Source: Antechinus flavipes (lineage: Eukaryota). Taken from it: DNA of 64,000 bases. A program made the position numbers and the translations under genes. Shown here in pieces: positions 24,629-35,925 of the stretch; the stretch's first letter is position 1; every line of letters begins with the position of its first letter. The DNA is taken from assembly GCF_016432865.1 (NCBI RefSeq), contig NC_067401.1, forward strand, positions 140,988,001 to 141,052,000, given 5' to 3'. The notes below the pieces were generated by a model. The model did no database searches and had not been told where the DNA came from. It saw nothing but the letters and a program-made list of their open reading frames with translations.

Positions 24629-24820
24629 CAGGGGCCCTCAAACTTTTTAAATAGGGGGCCAGTTCACTGTCCCTCAGACTGTTGGAGGGCTGGACTATAG
24701 TAAAAATAAAAACTTTGTTTTGTGGGCCTTTAAATAAAGAAGCTTCATAGCCCTGGGTGAGGGGGATAACCATCCTCAGCTGCTGCATCTGGACCGCGGG
24801 CCGTAGTTTGAGGACCCCTG
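24629..24820. mobile_element. Non-autonomous hAT (OC1/OposCharlie1-like) MITE, copy 1, 192 bp
   Basis: Terminal inverted repeats CAGGGGCCCTCAAACT / AGTTTGAGGACCCCTG; no clean 8-bp TSD visible. Confidence 0.8.
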
Positions 24821-25166
24821 TGAGTGGATCGCAGATTTGAACTTGAGCTCTCCTCTCCCAACCTTTTCTAGCTTCAGCTCATCTCATTTTTCCCAACCTC
24901 ATAGTAGATCCAGGAAACAAGGACACCTCTTCTTAAATTGGGGGAAATGGACCATAACGTCCTAGATTAAGAGTGAGAAGGGACCTCAGAGATCTCTGAT
25001 TCAGCCCTTTCATTTTGCCAGGGAGGAAACGGAATGTCAGAGGGTCCGACCTGCCCAGGTACCCAGCACCTCCCTGCAGTATCACGCCCCTGAGAGAGCC
25101 ACCGCCCTATCCAAGTGACGCTGTGCCCTTCCCGCTCCCTCTTCCCTCGGACGGCCACCCACTCAC

Positions 25167-25618
25167 TTCTGCCTCAGAGTGGCCAGGTCTTCAGCCAGGT
25201 TGTCTCTCTCGATCTCTAGCCGGGCACTGCTCGCAGTCAGCTGGTCCAGCTGGAGCCGGAGCCGATGCAGCTCAGCTTGGTAGACGTCGGCAAGCTTGGT
25301 GGGCTCCTTTCCTCGAAGCTGGTTGAGCTCCCCTGCCAGAACCTTGTTCTGTTGCTCCAGAAAACGTACCTTCTCGATGTAGCTGGCAAAGCGGTCATTG
25401 AGCTCCATCATCTCGGCCCGCTCGCTGGACCGTGTTTCTTTGAAGCTGGCATTGAGCGCCTCGGCCACTGAGAAGTCAACCCGGGTGGGAAGCGGAGGGG
25501 GCATTCTGCTCGGGGCGAGCCGGGCCACGGGCGCCAGGCGGCGGGCGCCCGGGAAGCGGACCACAACCTCGGAGGCGTACGAGCGGCGGGCAGAGGAGGT
25601 GAAGCGCCGTCTGTCCAT
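25167..25618 (-). CDS. GFAP: GFAP exon 1 coding part (head and coil 1[15 protein letters not shown]...[19 protein letters not shown]...LRQK); full alpha isoform 428 aa
   Basis: Type III intermediate-filament LNDRF motif and GFAP-specific [12 protein letters not shown]; ATG in GCCAACATGG context; donor AA|gtgagt; 452 nt. Confidence 0.97.
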
Positions 25619-25660
25619 GTTGGCCCTGGTTCTGCCTGAAGCAGGGGGCCCCAAGGGGGC

Positions 25661-25666
25661 TTTATA
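25661..25666 (-). promoter_or_regulatory. GFAP TATA box (TATAAA)
   Basis: TATAAA 43 nt upstream of the ATG, consistent with the very short GFAP 5' UTR; two TTTGGCACTG NFI half-site repeats at 25706-25715 and 25727-25736. Confidence 0.85.
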
Positions 25667-27029
25667 GAAAGGCACATCCAGATCCACCGCCCCGAGCCGT
25701 GGGGTTTTGGCACTGCCCATGTTTACTTTGGCACTGTCCCTTGGAACGGGATGAGGCGCTGACCAAAGCCCCCTGGGGGAGAGCCCTCTTTTCCCGCTCC
25801 CCCATCTCATTATTCTGCTGAAGGGGAGAGAGAGAGAGAGAAGGTCTCCCTGTGCTTTTGCTGGTGTTTGTATTCTCCGGGGAATTGGAATAAAAGTGTT
25901 CTACTGTGACTCACCTCATCATCCTTCCTGCTCCAAACACAGGGCTTCTTGAGGACATTCCCTTTTCTGATTAGAGGCTGGGATGCTACCATTCCCCAGG
26001 ACTTTCTTTCTATCCCTATTTCCCTCTACCCCAAAAGCTTTGGATGTAGAGCTTGGTCAGGGTCTATCCTGGCTCCTAAAATCTCAAAACAGGAAGGGAC
26101 CTTCAAGATCTTTTAATTCAACAATCATTTGGGGAAGAGGAAACTGAAGTCCAGAGAAGTCCTCAGTTATAGCTAAATTCACTTAGACACCTGGTAACAA
26201 AAATAGCGCTAGAACTCAGGCCCCCTTGACTTCTGTTCTGGTTCTTTCCATTTCTCATGATCCTGGAACCTTGTCTTCCTTCTTGACAGAAAGGGAGAGA
26301 AATGACTTTGGGGGGGGGGAGTGGAAGTTGGTCAAGTATAACCAAGGGGAAGATCTCAGACTCCCCTGGCCTTCTTGCATTGGATCCATGAGCCCTGACT
26401 GGGTAAGTCCCCTCACCAGAGGCCAGAACTGGACAGCTCCACAAAGCATTACAGATGGTCCTGCTGCTGGGCTGTGCTGAGCTGTCTCCCAGGGAGAGTT
26501 CCCAGGGTCCCTTCCCCAACACTCCATCCTCTCCTTCCTCCACAAATATCTCACTGAAGATTTATAGCCCTTGAGTTCCCACACATTGAGTCCTCTAGGT
26601 TCCCATGCAGAGGGGCTAGGGACTGGTACCCTGGGAAGTACGGAGATAGAGAGGAGGAGAACTTTGGGAACAACTAGTTAGCCCTTAAGGTAAACTTTGG
26701 CCTCGGCCCTCTCCCCTGCCCTGGGACCGCTGGTTCCCATCCTGTCTCCAGACCTCAGTGTTCTTGCTTTGAAAAAAGGATTCAGGCTCCAGGCTCTGAC
26801 TCCCTGGGCTCCTGAGATAGGCATTCCGCCCTGTGCAGCCCCCCACTCCCTCGCCCCACCCCTGCCCCAATTATTCTCGGGCTGCTAATTTCTACTAGCC
26901 TGGGCACCGGCTGAAAGGATTCTTGTTCTGGGTTTGGGGTTTGGGAGGAGAAAAATGTCTTCTCTCCAGGAGGCAAGGCCGCTTTTATCCCAGGGACACA
27001 AGACTGCCAAAGCAGGGTGCTGCCCAAGC

Positions 27030-27140
27030 CCTGGCTCAATGGGCTTCTCGGAAAGAAGCGGAGTCAGGCTGATGAGCAGTAGGCAGTGGGCTCTGTGCCC
27101 ACCCTGGAGTCATTGTGCCCGTGCCAAGGTGAGTCATGCA
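27030..27140. promoter_or_regulatory. GFAP upstream enhancer: STAT3 site TTCCGAGAA (27045-27053), AP-1 TGACTCA (27130-27136), NFI TTGGCA
   Basis: The minus strand reads TTCCGAGAAGCCCATTGAGC and CATGACTCACCTTGGCAC, matching the known eutherian GFAP enhancer about 1.4-1.5 kb upstream as recalled. Confidence 0.9.
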
Positions 27141-27769
27141 GTGGGCAAAAGAGGCTGGGTGAGGGGAGAAGGGGCGGGAGAGTGGGAGTGGGGAGACCAA
27201 AAGCTAAGAGAGAAATCATCTCCAACAGAGGCCCCAGCGCCAGCTTGCAGAGGGCTCACCCTCCCCAACTTTTTTCCACCAAGCCAACTTGAGTCTCCCC
27301 ACCAGAGTTTCTCTGAGAAACTCAGGGGAATCTTGAGTCTGTATCACAAAACATTGTCTCCCCTTAAAGCTTGTTCTGCAGGTGGCCATGTCAATGGCAC
27401 CAGCCTGGGCTGGGGTCAGACCTGGGGATTATCCCAAGTCCCCATGGGGAGGAAAAGCAAGATGGTGTCCATGGTCTCAGAGCTTATGTTCCCCAAAGTC
27501 TGGAGAACCCTGGGTTAGGGCTCAGGAAAGGCTTAGGTTCCCCTCCTCTCCTCCCAGGAGGAAAAGGGCTGCCTGGAAAGTATTAGGGAGTGAGCAGCAC
27601 TGGGAAATTGGATTTCTAAGTCTCTGGACTTTTTCATCATTTCTTAAAGAAAAACTAAGGACATTTTCAATGAGATTCAACAGATTATACTATGTATACT
27701 CCTCTTACCAACACCCTGCCATTTACATCCAAAATAAAGCCCAATATCAAGATGATATCAAGTATAGTC

Positions 27770-28640
27770 GAGAAACATTTATTAAGTACCTACTGTGTAC
27801 AGTACCAGATACTGTGCTAAGCAATGGCGTGACAAAGAATGGCAAGAGACAGTTCCTGCCTCCAAGGAGCTCACATTCTAATGGGGTAAACATGTACAAA
27901 CAATCTGTCTGTCTATAAATATAGATATATTTATATGTTATTTAAATTATATATAATAATAAATTAATAAATATCTAATACTTAATACATAATGTATTTA
28001 TTCACATATATGTAATTAGATATGTTTTCACTGGGTATATTCTGTGTCCTGATGTTCACCTCCTGATTTCTCTGGATTCCTTTAAGTCAGTTAGAATACC
28101 ATTTCTTCAAGTGCCTTTCCCAGAGCTCCATAATTAATGCTTCCTTCTGATGTATCATAATCTAGATTTAGATTGATCTATCTGTCTATCTCTCTTTATT
28201 TCTGGCTTTCTTGTTTATATATATTTATATATATCATATATAATATGCATTATATATCTACCAGTCTATACGTATATATTCACATATAACACATACTATA
28301 TATCTATAAGTATATAGACATATTTATTGATATAAATATATCTATAAATACATATACACTTATAAGTATATCTATAAAAAGAGGCAGAGACAGATAGAAA
28401 AAGAGAGAGAGAGCTAGGAAGAGAGGGAGAGAGGGAGACATGATAAATTAGAGGGAAGGCACTAGCATTAAGGGGAATCTGGGAAAGGCTTCTTGGAGAA
28501 ATGGGATTCTAGCTAACCTAAAGGAAGCCAGGGAAGTCAGGAGGTGAACATCAGGACACAGAAGGCACCCAATGAAAATTCACAGAGTTGCACAATAGAA
28601 TGTCATGTCTGAGAAACAGCAAGGAAGCCAGTGGAGGGGA
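27770..28640. mobile_element. L2 remnant with an internal AT-rich expansion and a locally inverted copy of part of itself
   Basis: L2 3'-end text (atttattaagtacctactgtgt...aaggagctcacattcta) continues at 28440-28640; 28025-28160 is its reverse complement. Confidence 0.6.
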
Positions 28641-29098
28641 ATAAGAAATCCCCCACACAAGCTAGGTAGCTCTTCTTGGTTTTGTAATAATCATGATGGA
28701 TTAGTGACATAGAAAGAGCCTTAAGAAATCTCCTCTGTCTCTCACTGTCTTTCTGAATCACTGCCTGTCTGCCAATGACCTGCCCTATCACCACATCCAA
28801 GGGACAGTTCGGGGAGCAGTCCCCCTACTTACTGATTCTTGCCTCATTGCCTCTGCCCTTCCCTGAAGCTGTGCTCCTGTTCCTGCCTCCACCCTATATT
28901 CCATTACCAAAATACAAATGTCTATGCAAAATGTCACCCAAACAGACAGATTTGTCTCTGAGCTCTACCCAGCAGGACAGATGCACTCCAAACTACAGCT
29001 GGGGGCTCTCAACTTTACCTGGCCACTCTCCTTCAAATTGTCCTTTGCCTTCCAACTTGGATCTTTTCCTGACAATATTCTCACTTCACCCATTCTCT

Positions 29099-29288
29099 CA
29101 GGGGTCCTCACACTTTTTAAATAGGGGGCCAGTTCACTGTCCCTCAGACTGTTGGAGGGCTGGACTATGGTAAAAACAAAACCTTTGTTTTGTGGGCCTT
29201 TAAATAAAGAAACTTCATAGCCCTGGGTGAGGGGATAAATGTCCTCAGCTGCTGCATCTGGCCCAGGGCGGTAGTTTGAGGACCCCTG
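29099..29288. mobile_element. Non-autonomous hAT (OC1-like) MITE, copy 2, 190 bp, same orientation as copy 1
   Basis: TIRs CAGGGGTCCTCACACT / AGTTTGAGGACCCCTG; roughly 90% identical to 24629-24820 by eye. Confidence 0.8.
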
Positions 29289-29982
29289 CTTAGTCTAGAC
29301 TCCAGCCTCATGAATATCAGGTCAGCAAGGGCAGGATCATGAAGGAAGACAGTGGTTAGCCGAGGTTAGCAAAGATCTGGACACTTGGTTATATATACAT
29401 ATACATACATATATATAATATTAAAAGTGGAAGGCACCTTAGAGATCATTTAGCTCAGGCAAACACGTAATAAATGCTTGCTGATTTACTGACATCTTGT
29501 TCAACCCTCTCATTTAAAAAATAAAAAACACCTGGGACTTAGGGATATTGTCACAGCACACCAGAAAGATCTCTGGCTCTGGAATCAGCGGACCCAAGTT
29601 CAAATTCTGCCAGTGGCACTTATTTGTGTGACTAAAGAGGAATCAATGTTTCTTCTTCTGTATAATGAGGGTCTCGGACTAGATGACTTCTTGAGAGTTT
29701 TTCCAGCTTTAGGCTTATGATCCAAGTGAGCTGTCTGTCCCCTTGAAGAGGCAAAGAACTCAACAGAGCTTGACTGCCTGTAGGCTACAAAGGGTCCACA
29801 GGTTCTGGTTGGGAGGAGAATGGGTAGGGAAGTGCAGAAGCTGTCAGCCTGGCTCCTTTGGAGACTGACTCTAGAGCCAATCTCCTGGCCAGACACTGAC
29901 TGAGAGTGAAATATCTAGTTGGCAGCTAGATGGCAGTGCCCAGCTGCCCAGACCAGAGTTCCAGCTTAGAGAAAACATCCTT

Positions 29983-30250
29983 TTTTTTTTTTTAAGGTGA
30001 GATTTTATTTTATTTTTAGATTATACGTGTACATTCATTTTTTTACATATGTACATATGAGTCATGTTGGGAGAGAAAAATCAGAACAAGATGAAAAAAG
30101 CATGTGGGAAAAAAACAGAAAGGGAAAAAAGGTAAAAATAGCATGCATTGATCCACATTCAGTCTCCATAATTCTCTCTAAATGAAGATGGCATTTTCCA
30201 TCCAAAGTTTATTGGGATTGCCTTAGGTCACTGAATTGCTGAGAACCAAG
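29983..30250 (-). mobile_element. Short 5'-truncated L1 3' UTR insertion with poly(A) and TSD
   Basis: Poly-T at 29981-29993; TSD agagaaaacatcctt (29968-29982) / agaggaaacatcctt (30251-30265), 1 mismatch. Confidence 0.8.
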
Positions 30251-30329
30251 AGAGGAAACATCCTTAAACAAAACCCATTTCATCCTTTGCAGTAAGTAAC
30301 TTCTCAGTTTCTGATTCCAAAGGGGTTTA

Positions 30330-33300
30330 TTCCTTGTCTTTATCACCAAATGTAGTTCTCTCATTCACTGAGAAGGCAAGCAATGTCAATTATACATGTG
30401 AAATCACAGAAAACATAATTTCCATATTAGCAATATTATAAAAAAAGACAAAAAATTTTAAAATGAGAAAATTATACTTCAGTTTGCACTCCGAGTTTAT
30501 CACTTCTCTCTCTGGAGGTGAATAGCATTTTTACATCACAAATCTCTTAGAACTGTGTTGGATCATCTTATTGATCAGAATTGCCAACTCTTTCATAGCT
30601 GATCATCATTACAGAATTGCTGTAATGTCCTGGTTTTTCTCATTTTACTTGGCATTAGTTCATATAGCTCTTGTCATGTTTTTTTCTGAAACTACCCCCC
30701 TCATCACAATCATATGCCATAATTTGTTCAGCCATTCCTCAATAGTTATCCCTTCAATTTGTGATTCTTTACCACCACAGAAAGAACTGCTATGTTATTT
30801 TTATATACAGAGATCATTTTCCTTTCCCTTTGATCTCTTTGGGATATAGACTTAATAGTGGTACTATTCAGCCAAGGGATATACACAATTTTATCATCCT
30901 TTGGGCATAATTCAAATTGTTCTTCAGAATAATTGGAACAATTCACAATTAAATTAATAATGCATTAGTGTACCTGTTTTCCCCATCCTCTCCAGAATTT
31001 ATCATTTCCCACAGATGTGAGGTTTTCATTTGCACTTCTTTAATCAATAGTAATACAGAGAATTTTTATATGAGTATAGATAACTTTAATTTCTTCTTCT
31101 GAAAACACTGTCCATTCATATTCTTTGACCCTTTACCAATTGGGGAATGGCTCTTATTTTTACAACTTTGACTCAGTTCTCTATGAGAAACTTCTTGTAA
31201 AATTTTTTATATTACATCATCATCTGTGGTACCTTTTAGCAAAATGTAGTTTCCCTAATTATCTCTTTCAGTTAAATCTATTTTTGCTTTTGCTTTATCT
31301 GAGATTATGATTGCTATCCCTGTCTATTTTTCTTCAGCTAAAGCATATTAGATTCTGCTCCATTCCTTTAAACTGTGTGTGTGTTTTCTGTTTCAATTGT
31401 ATCTTGGAAACAACATATTATTGTGTTCTAACTTCTAATAGATATTGCCATCTGCTTCTGTTTTATGAGTAAGCTCATCTCAGTCATAGTTATAGTAATG
31501 AAAACTGCATTTTCTCCATTCCATTTTCTTCTATTTTTTCTTCTTTCTTTTTTTATCCTGTCCCTTCTCAAAAGTCAAAATAGACTTTAATTGTATCTGA
31601 CAATTGCTTCCTTAATCCACTCTGCCTTTTATCATCCCTCCCCTTTTTCCTTACTCTCATGTGTATATACATTTATGCATGTGTGGGTGAATATGTTCTT
31701 CCCTCTTTGAATCAATTCCAATGATAGTAAAGTTCAAGCATTGCACACTCTTTCATTTTCCCCTTCACTATAAATATTTTTCCTTGCATACCTTTTTAAT
31801 GAAAAAAATTTCCTCATTCAGCCTTTCTTTTTCCCCTTGTCATCTTCCGTCTTTCTCACTCTTTCATTTTTTAAAAAAATCATCTCAACATAATTGATAC
31901 ATCCCTATTGCCCTCTGTTTATGTAGACTCCTTCTAACTGCCCTAATAATGATAAAGTTCTTAGGAATTCCATGTATCATCTTCCTACATAGGAATATAG
32001 ACAGTTTAATTTTATTGAGTCCCTTATGATTACTCTTTCACATTTATCTTTTCATGCTTTTCTTGAGTCTTGTGTTTGAATGTCAAATTTTCTATTCAGG
32101 TCTGATCTTTTCATCAGGAATACTTGGCAATCTTCTATTTCATTAAATATTAATTTCCCTTTGAAATGATTACACTCAAGTAGATTATTTTTGTTTGTAA
32201 TCCTGCCTCCTTTGCCTTCTGGAATACTATTCCAACCCCTCTTCTTGAAAGTGGGAACTGCTGAATCTTCTATGATCCCATCTATGATGCCATGGTATTT
32301 GAATTGTTTCTATCTGGTTACTTGAAATATTTTCTTTTTGACTTGAGAGCTCAAGAACTTGCTATAATATTTCTGGAAGTTTTCATTCTAGAATCTCTTT
32401 TTGTTTGGTGGATTCTTTCAATTTCTATTTTACTCTCTACTTCTAAGATACTGGGGCAGTTTTCCTTGATAATTTCTTGAAATATTATGTCTAGACCTTT
32501 TCTTTGAGCATAACTTTCAGGTACTCCAATAATTCTTTTCTTTTCTTTTCTTTTCTTTTTTTTAAGCTGAAGCAATTGGGGTTAAGTCACTTGCCCAGAG
32601 TCACATAGTTATAAAGTGTTGTGTCTGAGGTCAGATTTGAACTCAGGTCCTCCTGACTTCAGAACTGGTGCTCTATTCCAATAATTCTTAAGCTACCTCT
32701 CCTAGATCTATTTTTCAGATCAATTGTTTCTCCAATTAGATATTTCACATTTTCTTCTATTTTTTCATTCTTTTGATTTAATGTTATTTTTTTGATGTCT
32801 CATGGAGTCAGTAGCTCTGTCTAACTCAATTTTAATTTTTAAGGAACTATTTTCTTCAGTGAGATTTTGTATCTTTTTTTCCCAATTGACCAGTTTTGCT
32901 TTTTTTAAAAATGGTTTTCTTTTCTTCAGTGAATTTTTGTAAGTACCTTTTGTCCAATTCTGTTTTTTAAAGGTATTGTTTCTTCAATATTTTTGATGCC
33001 TCGTTTACAAACTATTAATTCTCTTTTCATAATTTTCTAAATTTTCTTCTACTATTCTTATTTATTTAACTCTTTCATGAATTCTTGTTGAGCTTGGGTC
33101 CAATTAACACTTTTGAGGGATTTTGGAAGCTGTTTTCACATTGCCCTCTTTTTTCTGAGTTTATGTATTGATCTTCCCTGCTTTCTTAGTTGCTTTTTAG
33201 CTAAATTCTTTTTTTGATATTATTGTTTGCTCATTTTTCCAGACTATTTCTTGACTCGAAGTTATGGGGCTCTGTTTTCTGGGGGTGGGGAGGTATTGTG

Positions 33301-33520
33301 CCAAACTTCAGTTCTGAGAGTCCGCAAGTTTTTGGTGCTTCCAAGGTGATGTGATTCTAGAAGAAGCATGGTCATTGCTCTTCCTATCTGTGTTCTGATC
33401 TTTACCCAGGAAGGACCTCTGATCCACTGCATCCAAAATTTCTAGCACTCTTTTCTGCTTTGGAACTGTGACTAGGGCATCTCCTTCTTCGTGACCAATC
33501 ACCAGTGCTCCTCTCTGCCC
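30330..33520 (-). mobile_element. Old L1-derived HAL1-like element: decayed ORF1, short endonuclease stub, ORF2 C-terminus and 3' UTR; no RT region
   Basis: ORF 32351-32575 gives LDIIFQEIIKENCP..KIEIERIH (L1 ORF1p RRM); endonuclease-like coding at 31215-31330 abuts C-terminal coding at about 31205. Confidence 0.7.
32538..32676 (-). mobile_element. 5'-truncated WSINE1-like SINE inserted in L1 ORF1, 13-bp TSD
   Basis: TSD tccaataattctt at 32525-32537 and 32677-32689. Confidence 0.85.
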
Positions 33521-33559
33521 TGAAACTTTGGGGAATGTTGAGAAATTTCAGTTGGATGG

Positions 33560-33762
33560 CCACCCTAATCCACTATCTTGGCTCTGTTAGTCCCCTGAGA
33601 TCCTTTCATGAAATCTGTGAAGTCAAAACTATTTTTATAATACTGAGGCACTTCAATTTCTAATGTAATAAATATTGATATATGTTACCCACATAAACAA
33701 GGGTTCTAAACTTTATAAGCATGTAAAAGGGATCCTGAGATTAAAAAGTTTGAAAACTGGTG
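33560..33762. mobile_element. Possible hAT-Charlie-type non-autonomous remnant
   Basis: End resembles a hAT terminus (gggatcctgagattaaaaagtttgaaaactgg); the other terminus is not recognisable. Confidence 0.35.
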
Positions 33763-34224
33763 TGTATGTAAACACCTATTTTTTGGTGTTTAAGTTCAGA
33801 ATAGAAATTTTAAAAAACATTAATAAGTAACATTTATAATGTATTTAGAGGTTTACAAAGTGCTTTATAAATATTACCTCATTTGATCCTCAACACAACC
33901 TGGAAGGTAGGTATTATTGCTTTCATTTTACAGAGGAGGAAACTGAGGTAACAGCAGTTAAGTGATTTGCTGCTGAGATCACAGAACGAATGAGTGCCTA
34001 TGGTTGATTATGAACTCTCTTCTTTCTAACTTCAAGCCCAGTGCTCTAGCCACCATCCCACCTAACTGCTTCGTGAATGTGAATTGTTATTTTAATCATG
34101 ACTTCCTCCCATTCTATACTTGTGCAGTTGACTGAACCTGTGTGGGACTTTACATTTATTCCTATTAAATTTGAACTTATTAGAACTGAATCATTATTTG
34201 AATTTGTTAAGATCTTAAATTTCA

Positions 34225-35925
34225 AGTGGTCAGAGGATTTTAATAATTTTCAGATAAAGAAATTTTAAAGATGCTCTAAATCACTATTGATTAGAGAGAA
34301 ATATAAAATAAAACAACTCTGAGGTACCACTTCACACCAATTAGATTGACTAAAATGACAAAAAAAGAAAAGAAATGTTAGCGGGAATGTGGGAAAACAC
34401 CAATGCATTGTTGGTGGAGTTGTGAACTGATCCAACCATTCTGGAGAACAATTTAGAATAAAAGGGTTATAAAATTGTGCATACTCTTTGATTCAGCAGT
34501 GTCACTTTGGGTCTGTATCCCAAAAAGAGCAGAAAAGAGGGAAAAGGATCTACATCTGTATGTTTGTAGCATCTCTTTTTGTGGTAGCAAGGAATTGGAA
34601 ATTAAATGAATGCCTATCATTTAGGGAATGGCTGAATAACTTAAAGTACATGAATGTAATGGAATATTACTCTTTTATAAGAAATGATGAGCAGCAAAGA
34701 GTTATCAACTGTGCATACCCTTTGATCCAGCAGTGTCTCTACTGGGCTTATACCCCAAAGAGATACTAAAGAAGGGAAAGGGACCTGTATGTGCCAAAAT
34801 GTTTGTGGCAGCCCTGTTTGTAGTGGCTAGAAACTGGAAAATGAATGGATGCCCATCAATTGGAGAATGGCTGAGTAAATTGTGGTATATGAACATTATG
34901 GAATATTATTGTTCTGTAAGGAATGACCAGCAGGATGAATACAGAGAAGACTGGCGAGACTTACATGAACTGATGCTGAGTGAAATGAGCAGAACCAGGA
35001 GATCATTATATACCTCAACAATGATACTGTATGAGGATGTATTCTGATGGAAGTGGATTTCTTCGACAAAGAGACCTAACTCTGTTTCAATTGATAAAGG
35101 ATGGACAGAAGCAGCTACACCCAAAGAAAGAACACTGGGAAATGAATATAAACTGCTTGCATTTCTGTTTTTCTTCCTGGATTATTTATACCTTCTGAAT
35201 CCAATTCTCCCTGTGCAACAAGAGAACTGTTCGGTTCTGTATTGTATCTAGGATATACTGTAACCTATTTAACATGTATAGGACTGCTTGCCATCTGGGG
35301 GAGGGGGTGGAGAGAGGGAGGGAAAAAATTGGAACAGAAGTGAGTGCAAGGGATAATGCTGAAAAAATTACCCTGGCATGGGTTCTGTCAATAAAAAGTT
35401 ATTTAAAAAAAAAAGAAATGATGAGCAGGCTGATTTCGGAAAAGCCTTTAAAGACTTACATGAACTAATGCTGAATGAAGTGAGCAAAACCAAGAAAACA
35501 TTATACATAGTGACAAGATTATGTGATGGTCAACTATGATACACTTAGCTCTTCTCAGAAATACAGTGATCCAAGACCGTTCCAATAGATTCGACGTGAA
35601 AAATGCCATCTGCATTCAGAGAGAAAATTATGGAGACCAAATGTGGATCAAAGAATAGTATTTTCATCTTTTTTTGATTGTTGTTTATTTGCTTTTTCTT
35701 TCTCATGATTTTCCCCCCCCCCTCTTTTAGGCTGCCTTTTCTTGTACAACATGACAAAAATGAAAATATGTTTAAAAGTATTGTACATGTATAACATATC
35801 AGATGGCTTGCTGTCTTGGGGAGAGGGGAGGAAAGGAAGGGAAAGAGAAAAAATTTAGAACAAAAAAAATCTTACAAAAATGAATGTTGAAAACTATATA
35901 TATATTTGGAAAAGTAAAATTTTAA
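34225..35925 (+). mobile_element. Older L1 3' end (ORF2 C-terminus and 3' UTR), split by a younger L1
   Basis: Decayed ORF2 C-terminal coding (34225-34694) resumes at 35413 after the insert. Confidence 0.8.
34695..35412 (+). mobile_element. Younger 5'-truncated L1 nested in the older L1, 16-bp TSD
   Basis: Near-intact PKEILKKGKGPVCAKMFVAALFVVARNWK...GEWLSKLWYMNIMEYY coding; AATAAA plus A tail; TSD aagaaatgatgagcag at 34679-34694 and 35413-35428. Confidence 0.9.

Noticed and set aside
26934-27518. 194-aa plus-strand ORF over the GFAP enhancer
   Set aside because: No homology or coding signature; it overlaps conserved transcription-factor sites.
24621-29296. Idea that the two MITEs form a composite transposon that carried the GFAP promoter
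   Set aside because: Outer flanks are not a TSD (acactttg versus cttagtct), and the enclosed GFAP sequence is in its ancestral syntenic place.
32351-35047. ORFs 32351-32575, 34488-34769 and 34733-35047 as host genes
   Set aside because: They are L1 ORF1p and ORF2p fragments.
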